Source: an uncultured Clostridia bacterium (lineage in GTDB: Bacteria; Bacillota; Clostridia; UMGS1883). From it: 64,000 bases of DNA. Shown in pieces: positions 9,555-18,698 of this stretch. The translations under genes were made by a program, and so were the position numbers. The stretch lies in the NCBI GenBank assembly GCA_947630975.1, contig CANRJP010000001.1:18712-82711 (forward strand), written 5' to 3'. Position 1 is the stretch's first letter, and each line of letters starts with the position of its first letter. The notes beneath the pieces were generated by a model, which did no database searches, had not been told where the DNA came from, and saw only the letters and a program-made list of their open reading frames with translations.

Positions 9555-9736
9555 GGGGATTTCATCTCCTAATTCCTAATTCTCCTGCCCGCCCTGCGGG
9601 TCACTAAAGGCTCACCGCTTACGGGTTCGCATTTTATGCGACAGTTTAAATGTATCAGGTCGCAAGTTAGTCGCAAGATTATAACCTACCCATCGACCAA
9701 CCATGACGGGCCCCCACTATTCCTAATTCCTCATTC

Positions 9737-10108
9737 CTAATTCCTAATTTTCCTCCATCCGCTTCGGGCCGTGCGGAACTTCACGTCCGATACGATGTCG
9801 CCGCCCAGCAGGCTTTTCAGCAGCTCCCACAGCAGGGCCGTCCTGTCCCTGTCAGAAAACGACTGGGACAGGTGGCCGCTTATGCTTTCGCTGGTCACGC
9901 CCGCCGTTACGCCCATGATTTCCACAAACTTCACCGCGAACAGCCGGACTCTGGCGGGAAGCTCCGCCAGCTCCTCGTCGCTGTTCAGGTCGAATTTAAG
10001 CCGTGTGTTCTCCAGCACGTACTGAAGGGCGGCCTCCACCATGAGCACGGTCTCCGGCGTTATGGGGTCAAGACCCAGATTTAAGGCCTTGACCTGCTCC
10101 TCGGTCAC
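9737..10108 (-). CDS. phage head-tail connector/adaptor (gp6-like)
   Basis: 123-aa ORF directly downstream of the major capsid gene (4-bp overlap). Size and position are typical of a head-tail adaptor. Confidence 0.5.
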   Translation of the reverse strand: MTEEQVKALNLGLDPITPETVLMVEAALQYVLENTRLKFDLNSDEELAELPARVRLFAVKFVEIMGVTAGVTSESISGHLSQSFSDRDRTALLWELLKSLLGGDIVSDVKFRTARSGWRKIRN

Positions 10109-11166
10109 TCTGCCACCTCAAGGGCGGCGCACTCGTCCACCCGTTCGAAGGAAGGCAGCACGATTTCCGACACGGTGGTCTTGGTGTTCACGGGATCCTC
10201 GGTCACGGTGACGGCCACGGCGATGCCGGTATTGACAAGCGTAACGTCGGCATTGCCGCTGCCCATGAGGGTGCGCTCCTCGGGGGTGGTGCCGTACCAT
10301 GTGCTGCCGAGACTGCTGTCGGGCAGAAGCATGATGATGTTGTCGGGGTAGAATTTCTTTTCCTTGCCGCTCTCGTCCTTGTAGGACTTGTTGTATATCA
10401 CAATCGTGATGTCCAGCGCCTCCTCGATGTAGCTGCGGACGATCTTGGTTGTGTAGTTCAGGTTGGCGGTGGTGTTCTGGGCGAGGACTCCGCTCCGCAC
10501 CTTGGCGCTGTTCTTGATGAGGTTGAAGGTAGCCTTGCTCATCAGCGCAACCTTGGGCCGGGTGCCGTACTTGTCCTCCTGCTTATCCATGGCGGCCTCA
10601 AGGTCGGCCACGGGGTCACAGTCGGCGGCGCTGCTCCACCGGGTGGCCGTCTTGGTGTAGTGACCCTTCTTCCACTCGCCGGTGGGGTCGTAGTTGTAGG
10701 TGTAATTTACGCCGTTGGCCTTGATCTCGATGCCAAGCTTGCCGCCGATGGGGGCCAGCAGCTGCATCCTCATGCGCTCGGGCACAACGTCGGCGCCGTC
10801 CACGAGGGTGGTCACATCGTCAAAAATGCGGTCAAGCACCTCGTCGGCGTAGGGGTCGTTGCTGTCCTGAACGCGCATGATCTCCTGCTCGTCCCTTTCC
10901 TTCACAAGTATACTCTCGCGGAAAAAGGGCATTTCGGTTTCGGTCTTGCCGATGCCTACCCTGTCGCGCAGGGTGCTCTTGGCGTCGAAGGTGGAAGGCA
11001 TCAGGGATACGGGCAGGCCCTTGTGTCCCCTTATCCATTTCAGGTCAAGGCCGTTTTTCTTCTGGGAAGGGAACAGCCCCGCGCCGAGATAGGCTTCCCT
11101 GTTGCTGGCCTCCTCGGTGTAGTGGGAGGCGATGGCCTCCGAGGTGAAAATGTCTCTCAAATTCAT
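10105..11166 (-). CDS. phage major capsid protein
   Basis: 353-aa ORF following the decoration and scaffold genes. Length and composition are consistent with HK97-fold (lambda E-like) capsid proteins. Confidence 0.75.
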   Translation of the reverse strand: MNLRDIFTSEAIASHYTEEASNREAYLGAGLFPSQKKNGLDLKWIRGHKGLPVSLMPSTFDAKSTLRDRVGIGKTETEMPFFRESILVKERDEQEIMRVQDSNDPYADEVLDRIFDDVTTLVDGADVVPERMRMQLLAPIGGKLGIEIKANGVNYTYNYDPTGEWKKGHYTKTATRWSSAADCDPVADLEAAMDKQEDKYGTRPKVALMSKATFNLIKNSAKVRSGVLAQNTTANLNYTTKIVRSYIEEALDITIVIYNKSYKDESGKEKKFYPDNIIMLLPDSSLGSTWYGTTPEERTLMGSGNADVTLVNTGIAVAVTVTEDPVNTKTTVSEIVLPSFERVDECAALEVAE

Positions 11167-11178
11167 GGTTTAACCTCC

Positions 11179-11493
11179 TTACTCTTCATCGAAGGGCAAA
11201 AATGTAATGTCCTTCAGCGCTGTCACGGCCGCTTCATCGGGAGCGGCGGGCAGCTTGTCCTTGTTGACGCAGCCCCGGATCACGATTGTACCGTTGGGAT
11301 TTTCGTCAAGCGCAACGTCGCTGAGCAGCACGCCCAAAGCCTGGGCGTCGTTGGAGGGGATTACCGTCCCCGCGGGAATGACGCCGCTCTGAGCCAGATT
11401 GCTGAGCTCGGTGCAGTCGTAGGGTATAGCGGTGTAATGGCTGTTAGCCAGAATTTCAATGCCTCCGGCCACAGCGGTTTCGGTAAATTTCAT
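11179..11493 (-). CDS. phage head decoration protein (gpD-like)
   Basis: 104-aa ORF between scaffold and capsid genes. The Gly/Val-rich beta-type sequence is typical of decoration proteins. Confidence 0.5.
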   Translation of the reverse strand: MKFTETAVAGGIEILANSHYTAIPYDCTELSNLAQSGVIPAGTVIPSNDAQALGVLLSDVALDENPNGTIVIRGCVNKDKLPAAPDEAAVTALKDITFLPFDEE

Positions 11494-11530
11494 GTGGTTT
11501 GCATCTCCTTTAAAAATTTTTTTGACCGGA

Positions 11531-12169
11531 TCAGTTCCTTCTCAGGTAATAATCCAGAATGTTGTTGGCCCTGTCTCGGGCCTCCGCCCGTTTCTTTCCC
11601 AGCTGACGGGCCTTTTCCGTGCCGGGATCCTTTGTCGGCTCCGTCTGCGTTCCGCCGCCGGGTATTCTGCCTGCGCCCTTAATCGCCGCGTCAACCCTAC
11701 GGGCGGCAAGGGCCTCCACCGCCGCTTTCAGAGCGGCCACGTTGGTGTTGATGGTCTGCTCGTCCTCGCCGATGACCAGCGGCACCAGCTCGAGGACTTT
11801 GTCGTCTCCGCTGTCCAGCTCGGCGGCTTTCAGGGCCTTAAGTGCGATGAGCTGGTTTTCCCGGTCTCTGAGGGCCTTTTCCTTGTCGGCCAGCTCCTTC
11901 TGCTTTTCCTCCAGCTCCAGGCTTTTCAGCTCCGCGTCGGACAGGCTCGCCTTACGCAGCTCGTTCAGCTTCCGCTGAAGGTCGGCGTTTTTCTTGCCAT
12001 AATTGGCAAGCAGCTTGTCGGCCTTCGACTGGGCCAGCCGCTCGACGCGTTCCTCAATGCTTTCGCCCGAAGGCTCCGGGGCGGGAGGATTGGGCGCGGG
12101 GTCCGTCTGGGGCGTCGGCTCCTGTTTTGGCTCCTGTGCGGGGTCGGGATTGGGTAAAGGTTCGTTCAT
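11531..12169 (-). CDS. phage scaffolding protein
   Basis: 212 aa. Low-complexity Pro/Glu N-terminus, then long coiled-coil (ELKSLELEEKQKELADKEKALRDRENQL). Located upstream of the decoration and capsid genes. Confidence 0.6.
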   Translation of the reverse strand: MNEPLPNPDPAQEPKQEPTPQTDPAPNPPAPEPSGESIEERVERLAQSKADKLLANYGKKNADLQRKLNELRKASLSDAELKSLELEEKQKELADKEKALRDRENQLIALKALKAAELDSGDDKVLELVPLVIGEDEQTINTNVAALKAAVEALAARRVDAAIKGAGRIPGGGTQTEPTKDPGTEKARQLGKKRAEARDRANNILDYYLRRN

Positions 12170-12598
12170 GATTCATTCCTCCATGTAGAAAAAATTTCAC
12201 CCTCCGTATAGAAAGGTTAAACAAATTGAACTCCTTCCGCCAATGAGGTAAAAAACATCAAAAACACGGGCGTGTACCGGGTTTTTGATACCTCAATCGG
12301 GGTAGGAAATTTGTCCGCGGACAAATTTCCGTAAGCGAAAGCGCCCGATGCGGAAAGGGGGCACGCGGGGAAAACCGCTCGGGTTGTCCCCGCGAGAGCG
12401 CTGTCAGCGCTCCTACCTTCCGTATAGAAAGGCATAAAAAAACGCCCACCGTATAGATGAGCGTAATATGTAATTTTTTATACTAATCCATAATTAAAAT
12501 CAGACACCGAGATGGCGCGGAAAAGGCCGTCGCAAATGTCTGATTTTAGTTGGGGATTAGTATTATGGACACAGTTTAGCGACCTGTCCGGGTCGGGC

Positions 12599-12922
12599 TC
12601 ATAGGCCGGGGATTATCTCTACCACGCCGCGCATGGCGTTGTGAGCCCGTTTCATCAGGGAATTATCATTGAGGTACTCTATACCCTTCAGCGTTATTCT
12701 GGGATTGCTGACGGTCAGCACAACGCTTCCGGTCGCTCCGTACTGAAGGCCGATCCCCTGAATAAGTTCGTTCCGGCAGAGCATCTCAATTATTCTTGTC
12801 CATCTGGTCTCGCTGATTTTCAGTCTTTCGGCCGAGATTTCCGCTATGTCAAACTCCTCGATGTCCATGGCCTTTTCAAGGGTTTTGAGTATCCGGTATA
12901 TGATTTTTATATTCTCGTCCAT
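12599..12922 (-). CDS. YjcQ-like small winged-helix protein (phage-associated)
   Basis: 107 aa (MDENIKIIYRILKTLEKAMDIEEFD…). Resembles the YjcQ family found in Bacillus prophage regions. A rho-independent terminator (12969-12995) separates it from the orphan toxin gene upstream. Confidence 0.4.
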   Translation of the reverse strand: MDENIKIIYRILKTLEKAMDIEEFDIAEISAERLKISETRWTRIIEMLCRNELIQGIGLQYGATGSVVLTVSNPRITLKGIEYLNDNSLMKRAHNAMRGVVEIIPGL

Positions 12923-13128
12923 ATTTTCCTCCGTGCAAAAAGCACGCTGCTAAACGCATCAAAAAAGCACTCTCGAAGTAAGAGTGCTTAATTATAGCTA
13001 AAATGGACTTTGGCGGGCGTCGCGTCTCCCGCATCTCTCGGGTTTCCCCTGTCATGCCATCGGCGTGTGGTCGCAACGAAATTTACCACCTCAAAGTCCA
13101 TCTTTAGCTCACTTATATTATACCACAA

Positions 13129-13647
13129 TTATTTGTTTTTGTAAAGTATCTTTTTGTTATTTATATAATTTTTCCAGCGCCGTTCACTAATTTTCCATGC
13201 AGATATTATCGAATTTTTATATCCTTCCACATCTGAAGTCGTATGTAAACGTAAAATCACTTGAAATGTCAAATTTTCAGCTTTAATGCTTTTTAAAATC
13301 AATGCTGAATTTTTCTTGTCCTCAAGAATATAATCCGGCTTCTCAACCGCAAGTTTTAAGAAAGGTTCAATTATTTCAAAATGACCCGGATGGCGTTCCT
13401 CAATATGAGCTATTCGTTCCTCGGTAATGATAACTTCATCTGTAGTTATATTGTCAGCAACACACTTATACAAATCCTTGTCTATACTACCAATGAACCT
13501 CACATTTCCTCCCGCCGTTTCATCCTTAGTTGTCTTTATTATACCACTTTCCGCAGGTTTGTCAAGAGTTTTTTCATTTGCGGGCTTGTCAATGACCACT
13601 TTATCAAAATGCCGCCCCGTGGCTTTAAAAAATTCCTCATCGCTCAT
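13129..13647 (-). CDS. orphan polymorphic-toxin C-terminal cassette (uncharacterised toxin domain)
   Basis: Begins MSDEEFFKATGRHF. The full-length MuF toxin (13898-15361) has M-NDEEFFKATGRHF at its MuF/C-terminal-domain junction (residues 300-314), and the following ~158 aa are unrelated. This is the classic orphan-module architecture. Confidence 0.5.
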   Translation of the reverse strand: MSDEEFFKATGRHFDKVVIDKPANEKTLDKPAESGIIKTTKDETAGGNVRFIGSIDKDLYKCVADNITTDEVIITEERIAHIEERHPGHFEIIEPFLKLAVEKPDYILEDKKNSALILKSIKAENLTFQVILRLHTTSDVEGYKNSIISAWKISERRWKNYINNKKILYKNK

Positions 13648-13701
13648 TAGCTTTTAAAAGCACGTCCGAAAACGTGCTTTTTTATTCGGTTGGTTGGTAC
13701 A

Positions 13702-13914
13702 TTAAAAATCTGACATATCTATGGATACATTGTTTACATGTATCATGCATCCACAATTATTACACCTGAAACAATTACAATGTGATAAATCCTTGCAATA
13801 CTCCGGAGCAACAAACACTCCATCATGACATTTATTACAAGATATTTTTTCTCCCGATTGAATTTTTTTCACAATTTCGAAAATGTCTTCCGAATCGCTA
13901 AAATTTTTTTCCAT
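13702..13914 (-). CDS. Cys-rich small protein, candidate immunity protein for the MuF toxin
   Basis: 70 aa with CxxC…CxC…CxxC motifs. Its start overlaps the end of the toxin gene (translational coupling). Confidence 0.4.
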   Translation of the reverse strand: MEKNFSDSEDIFEIVKKIQSGEKISCNKCHDGVFVAPEYCKDLSHCNCFRCNNCGCMIHVNNVSIDMSDF

Positions 13915-15361
13915 TAAAATAACCGCCCTTCTTCCATTGTAGTTCAGGATATGCCGCTTTCACACGTTTTATAATAAGCTTCTTCTCGGCAACCGTCAAT
14001 TCATTTCTGCCTTCATAGTGCATTTTTTCAGCTAAAAAACAATTTACCTCCGCCCATTGACAGTAACCCATATCGTATTTATGATGTGTAATTTCATGTA
14101 CAACAGCTTGCGCTGCATTCTTCTCATTTTTCGTGTTAGAAACAAAAATTTTTATAACATCGCCTTGTTGCACACCACGATTGGTATGAGGTTGCGGCTC
14201 ATAAATAAGCTGGGGTCTTATGCCGGTCTGTTGAATGTATTCCAGCGTCTCTCGTCCAATTGGCGTTGTTTCAAGATTATCAGCTATTTTCTGAGGGGTT
14301 ATTTCAACATTTTCGTCAATATTCTCATATTGGAAAATGTCTTCGGCTCTTGCATAATTTATTATATCACTTTTCCCCGATTTGTCAATAGGGAAATGCC
14401 GCCCCGTGGCCTTAAAAAACTCCTCGTCATTCATTAGTTTGTACTGGACGAAGCAGCGGCAGTTGATGTCCTGACTTGCCACGCCGCTTTTACCGGGGCA
14501 GTCGGCCATGCTACCGTCGGAGAGAGTGAACTGCTCATCGGCCAGCACCGTCACGCCCTCCATCATTTGATGGTCGGCCTTGCCGCCCACATAGGTTTTC
14601 CAGCCGTGCTTGGTCTTGACACGGTGATTGGGCCGGACGCGCTCGTCCTTCATGGTGCGCCATATCTTCACCATCCGCAAATCCGCGCCGCTCTCTCGCA
14701 GCCCCTCGTCCAGACGGGCCGCCGAATCGTACATACCGGCCTCCCGCACTCTGTGTGTCTCGGTGCGGGCTATCCTCACGGCCTTTTTGTAATCGCCCTC
14801 CACGCGGCCGGCGATCCGCCCGGCCATGGTCTCGATGCGGTCGCCGTTGGTCAGTCCGGTCATGATGTCCCGCTTTATATCATACACCACCTGACGGCGG
14901 TTCCGTTCCAGACGGGCGTTAAGCGTCAGACCGGCAATGGGATTTTCCACCGCCTGCTTTATCACCTCCGGCGTCACCGTGGGAACGCCTTTCAGCGCCC
15001 GCTTAAGCTCCGCCGTATCAGCGGCCCGTTCCACCGCCGCCGCCGTGTCCCTGTATGCCCGCTCGTAGGTCTCCGCCGCCAGCTCGGCGATGAGCTGCTT
15101 CGCCCGTGGGCTTACGCCGTCCAGCCGCCGCTGTATCTCCTCAAGAAATCCGGCGTAGCGGTTCTCCCGCATCAGGGCCTCGAAGGTCAGACGCCCGTCG
15201 ACGGCCATGTCGGCGTATTCCGTGCCAAGGAACATCTTAAGCTCCTTTATCAGCTCACGGTACAGCCGCCTCAGCTCTTTTTCCGCGCCCTGCTCCCGGT
15301 GCTCCGCTATGCGTCTGAGCTGCACCAGCGCCCGCTGAAGCTCCTTATCGTTAACGGCCAT
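13898..15361 (-). CDS. phage head morphogenesis protein, MuF/SPP1 gp7 family, fused to a C-terminal HExxH toxin-like domain (MuF polymorphic toxin)
   Basis: Residues ~1-299 carry MuF motifs (RIARTETHRV…DERVRPNHR…NCRCF) and the gene lies directly downstream of the portal. The C-terminal 173 aa are an extra domain containing HEITHH (HExxH). Confidence 0.7.
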   Translation of the reverse strand: MAVNDKELQRALVQLRRIAEHREQGAEKELRRLYRELIKELKMFLGTEYADMAVDGRLTFEALMRENRYAGFLEEIQRRLDGVSPRAKQLIAELAAETYERAYRDTAAAVERAADTAELKRALKGVPTVTPEVIKQAVENPIAGLTLNARLERNRRQVVYDIKRDIMTGLTNGDRIETMAGRIAGRVEGDYKKAVRIARTETHRVREAGMYDSAARLDEGLRESGADLRMVKIWRTMKDERVRPNHRVKTKHGWKTYVGGKADHQMMEGVTVLADEQFTLSDGSMADCPGKSGVASQDINCRCFVQYKLMNDEEFFKATGRHFPIDKSGKSDIINYARAEDIFQYENIDENVEITPQKIADNLETTPIGRETLEYIQQTGIRPQLIYEPQPHTNRGVQQGDVIKIFVSNTKNEKNAAQAVVHEITHHKYDMGYCQWAEVNCFLAEKMHYEGRNELTVAEKKLIIKRVKAAYPELQWKKGGYFNGKKF

Positions 15362-15367
15362 AACCTA

Positions 15368-16819
15368 TCACTCCAGACTGATTTCGCCCTCTTCCTCGCC
15401 GGTCCCGTCTGTCAGGGCGGGTATTCCTTCCGTCTCGGCCTCGGCCATTTCCAGCGCGTAGTCCACGTCGTCTATTTCCGGCACGGCTATGCCCCAGGCC
15501 AGAGACTTGGGCAGGCCCGCCGCCATGAGCGCCTGAGCCGCCTGAGCGTTGCTGAGTGTGTCCATGGGGAAGTTGCGTTTGAAGTCCATGGTTATCTGCA
15601 AGGGGTCAACCGCGATTTGCTTTAAAGTCCAGAAGCCCGCCAGCAGCCGCCACATATGGGTCGCCGCGTCCATCATCTTCGCCTGGAACATTCCGCACTT
15701 GGTTTCAAGGCCGTGAAGCTTGAATTTTAACGAGACGCCGCTGGCCGTGCCGAAGGTTTCGTCGCTGAGGTCCGGCGTCTTGCTGAAGCGGTAGATGTTC
15801 CCCTCGAGCCGGTCAAGCTGGTGCTCGGCAAAGCTGTCATTCACGTCCTTTGTCAGAAAGTATATCTTCCGCTCCGAGGTGGCTCCCGTGCCGGGAATGG
15901 AAAAGGCTCCGCTTCTGCGGGCCTCGTCGAGGGTTTCGTCGTCCGGACTTAAGCCCTGGAACACCATATAGGCGTGGGCGAAGCTCTCCACGTCGTTTAT
16001 GTTGTCGCTGAGCACCTTTTCGTAGGCGTCTATCTCGCTGAGAACCTTTTCCGCGTCCCCGATGCGCTCGTTGTTGTTTTCCACCGCCTGAAGGGGACAG
16101 CCGCCGAACAAGTGCATCCGGCTTTCAATCAGCTTCAGGTCGCCGAGCCCGCCCTCGTAGACGTGGTACATCTCGCTGTCGTAAAACTCGGCGTGCCAGG
16201 TCTTTGCCCCTCCGGCCAGCTCGGTATAATAATACCTTACGGCATATTCCGGCTCGGACAGGCGGGAGCTTGACAGGCTCACCGTCTCCCATGCCGGCAC
16301 CGGCATAACCCTCGCCTCGCCCTCGGGGTCAACATAGAACAGCCGCCCCGCGTATCCGGATATGGCGGCCATCTTCGTTATCTCCATGTCCACGCCGAAC
16401 ATATTGTTTCGCGTGACGAAATCGGTCACGGCTTTTGTAGCCCTGTCCACCGCCGCCGCTCCGCCGGTGACGGCCTCCGCCTCGGCGGTTCTGCTGTAAC
16501 CGTAGGCGATGGGCTTTCCGGCGAAATATCCCGTCTTGAAATCTACTATCTCGCCGACGAAATCGGTCTTGACCTTGTTGTTGATGGGGTCCGTCTCGTG
16601 GAACCGGGGCTCCCGCCCGTCGATGGGAGAGCTGCCGTCAAGGCCCATGTAACGGTTGTACATCTCGCGGCTGTATTTGGCGTTGAGCTTGTGCTTGCGG
16701 ATGATTTTTCCCAGCAGCGCCGGGGATATGGGCCCCCGGCCAAGCTCGCCCAGCTCCGCCTTTATCTCGGCCAGCTCCGCCGAATAATCAGGATATACGT
16801 TTGTTTTGTTTCTTCCCAT
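15368..16819 (-). CDS. phage portal protein, SPP1 gp6-like
   Basis: 483 aa, located between terminase large and the MuF protein. Length and sequence are consistent with SPP1-family portals. Confidence 0.8.
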   Translation of the reverse strand: MGRNKTNVYPDYSAELAEIKAELGELGRGPISPALLGKIIRKHKLNAKYSREMYNRYMGLDGSSPIDGREPRFHETDPINNKVKTDFVGEIVDFKTGYFAGKPIAYGYSRTAEAEAVTGGAAAVDRATKAVTDFVTRNNMFGVDMEITKMAAISGYAGRLFYVDPEGEARVMPVPAWETVSLSSSRLSEPEYAVRYYYTELAGGAKTWHAEFYDSEMYHVYEGGLGDLKLIESRMHLFGGCPLQAVENNNERIGDAEKVLSEIDAYEKVLSDNINDVESFAHAYMVFQGLSPDDETLDEARRSGAFSIPGTGATSERKIYFLTKDVNDSFAEHQLDRLEGNIYRFSKTPDLSDETFGTASGVSLKFKLHGLETKCGMFQAKMMDAATHMWRLLAGFWTLKQIAVDPLQITMDFKRNFPMDTLSNAQAAQALMAAGLPKSLAWGIAVPEIDDVDYALEMAEAETEGIPALTDGTGEEEGEISLE

Positions 16820-16945
16820 GGCTTTTTCTTCTCCTCACGGCCGGCAGCCGCCGGTCGAAGATGATTTTTCCGTCAAAGGTTCGTGTCAGGCCGCACTTGG
16901 CGCAGACCGACACGTTGTTTATTTGCGTCCAGAAGTGATTACACA

Positions 16946-18178
16946 TTACAGCCTCTTTCCCGCCTGAATACGGGCCTCGAGCATATCGCCCTCCACCGCG
17001 TAACGCAGGGCGTCCATCAGATGGTTGTCGGCGTCCACCGGCCGGGCCAGTGTGTTGCCGTATTTGTCCTCCTCCCAGCGGTACTGGGATATTTCTTTCT
17101 TGAAGTTTTCACAGCCGCTGTCCACGATGATTTCATAGTCCAGCAGCCACCGTATGCCACGGTTCACGCTGTCGGGGCCCTTCACCGCCGGAATGGCGTT
17201 GACGCCGTTGTCCGCCAGAAAGTCAATGGTCTTTGGGTCGGCGCTGTCGCAGGTTATGTAATTCCGCCCGGCGAACTCACCGGCCACCCTCAGCAGCTCG
17301 GCGTCGGACATTCCCGACCGGTACACCTCGCCGAGGATATATATCTTTTTCCGCTTGCGGTCGATGTGCAGCTTGATAAGGGCGTTGGGATCGGCGGCAT
17401 AGCCGAAGTCGCAGCCGAACCGGAGCCTGTCGAACTCCGCCTCCCGGCCGCTCAGATCCTCGACCTTCCAGTTGTCGAAGATGAGGCCCTTAGCCACGCC
17501 CCAGTTCCCCAGCCCCGCCACCTCGTAGCGCTTGGGCCGATTTTTCTTCATGTCCTCGAACAGCTGGCGGTCCCGGTCGTCCAGCCATTCGTTGCACATA
17601 TAGTTTGTGGTCAGGGCGAGGATGTCCGGGCTTACCGTGTCGAAAAACCGCCGCTTCAGCCAGTGGAGCTCGTTCCACGGGTTGAAGGTTATGGTGATCT
17701 GCTTGAACAGTCCCGGCGGTGCCGCGCCGCGTATGGATTCGTCGAGGGTGTTGAAGTCCTCCTCGTCCATTATCTCATAGCCTTCCTCGATCCACATCCA
17801 GCACAAAACGCCCACATCGACGGTTATGGACGTGACCTTGAGCGGGTCGTCAAGGCCCCGAAAATAAATCTTTTGTCCGGTGGGAAGGTAGGTCATTTCC
17901 AACGGGTTAAGCGTCACCCGCCACAGATGCTCGACGCCGAAGCGCCGGATGGCCCACCGAAGCTCGGTAAAGCAGGAGTTTTTCAGCGTGGCCGCCGTCC
18001 GGCGCACAACGAGAGTGTTGGCCTCGGGGTACTTCATCATGCTGAAAATATACCACAGAGCCGCCGTCTTGCTCTTTTTGCTGGCGCGGCTGCCCTTTAC
18101 CACACGGTAGCGGCCCTTGAAGTCCCAAAAGCGCTTGTAGCCGCCGCCCACGATTTCGCTGAGCCTGAGCGGGGGCAT
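16946..18178 (-). CDS. terminase large subunit, PBSX (XtmB) family
   Basis: 410 aa. N-terminal ATPase region (…GSRASKKSKTAALW…) and C-terminal nuclease acidic residues. Follows the small subunit with overlapping start and stop. Confidence 0.85.
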   Translation of the reverse strand: MPPLRLSEIVGGGYKRFWDFKGRYRVVKGSRASKKSKTAALWYIFSMMKYPEANTLVVRRTAATLKNSCFTELRWAIRRFGVEHLWRVTLNPLEMTYLPTGQKIYFRGLDDPLKVTSITVDVGVLCWMWIEEGYEIMDEEDFNTLDESIRGAAPPGLFKQITITFNPWNELHWLKRRFFDTVSPDILALTTNYMCNEWLDDRDRQLFEDMKKNRPKRYEVAGLGNWGVAKGLIFDNWKVEDLSGREAEFDRLRFGCDFGYAADPNALIKLHIDRKRKKIYILGEVYRSGMSDAELLRVAGEFAGRNYITCDSADPKTIDFLADNGVNAIPAVKGPDSVNRGIRWLLDYEIIVDSGCENFKKEISQYRWEEDKYGNTLARPVDADNHLMDALRYAVEGDMLEARIQAGKRL

Positions 18179-18600
18179 TATCCGTCCTCCGGCAGGTCTT
18201 CCACGATCTGCACCGGCGCGGCCCCGTCGATTTTAGTCCTGTCGGTGAACATGGCGTAATATTTGCCCAACAGCTCCGCGGCCTTAAGTCGTTCCCTGGC
18301 GGGCACGTCTATGCTGTCTATCGTCTGAACGCCGTCGCCCACCATGCGAAGCGTCTGTTCGGTCATTTCTCCCCGCAGCACTAATGTCAGATATTCCACA
18401 ATTTCTTGTACGCTGGCCGTTTTTTCATCGTGAATTTTTGCGAGTTGCTCCTCGATATAGCTTTTAATCTCAACATTTTTCAACATCCGCTGTCCCTGAC
18501 TGTAGGCTGTCCTCAGCGAATACCCCGCTCTGACGGCCGCCTGAGTGGCGTTAAGGTCAGTGAGATACTCGTCGCAAAATCTTTTCTGTTTCGGCGTCAC
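18178..18600 (-). CDS. terminase small subunit (Terminase_2/P27 type)
   Basis: N-terminus MTPKQKRFCDEYLTDLNATQAAVRAGYS is the canonical small-terminase HTH signature. Confidence 0.8.
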   Translation of the reverse strand: MTPKQKRFCDEYLTDLNATQAAVRAGYSLRTAYSQGQRMLKNVEIKSYIEEQLAKIHDEKTASVQEIVEYLTLVLRGEMTEQTLRMVGDGVQTIDSIDVPARERLKAAELLGKYYAMFTDRTKIDGAAPVQIVEDLPEDG

Positions 18601-18624
18601 AGCGGCCGCCTCCTTTCGCTCAGT

Positions 18625-18660
18625 TTGTAATCAAAAAGGCACCGGAGCCGTCCTCCCGTG
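18625..18660. terminator. bidirectional rho-independent terminator-like hairpin
   Basis: aaaaaGGCACcggagccgtcctcccGTGCCttattttt: a GC stem flanked by an A-run and a T-run. Confidence 0.4.
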
Positions 18661-18698
18661 CCTTATTTTTCAGCTTACAGTATAGCACAGATGGTTAT

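Noticed and set aside
10660-11682. 340-aa + strand ORF
   Set aside because: Antisense to the major capsid and decoration genes. Same artefact class.
12876-13076. 66-aa minus-strand ORF
   Set aside because: Spans the terminator hairpin and inverted repeats downstream of the orphan toxin gene. Arg-rich, no RBS.
14567-15625. 352-aa + strand ORF
   Set aside because: Antisense to the MuF toxin and portal genes.
16883-18259. 458-aa + strand ORF
   Set aside because: Antisense to terminase large subunit.
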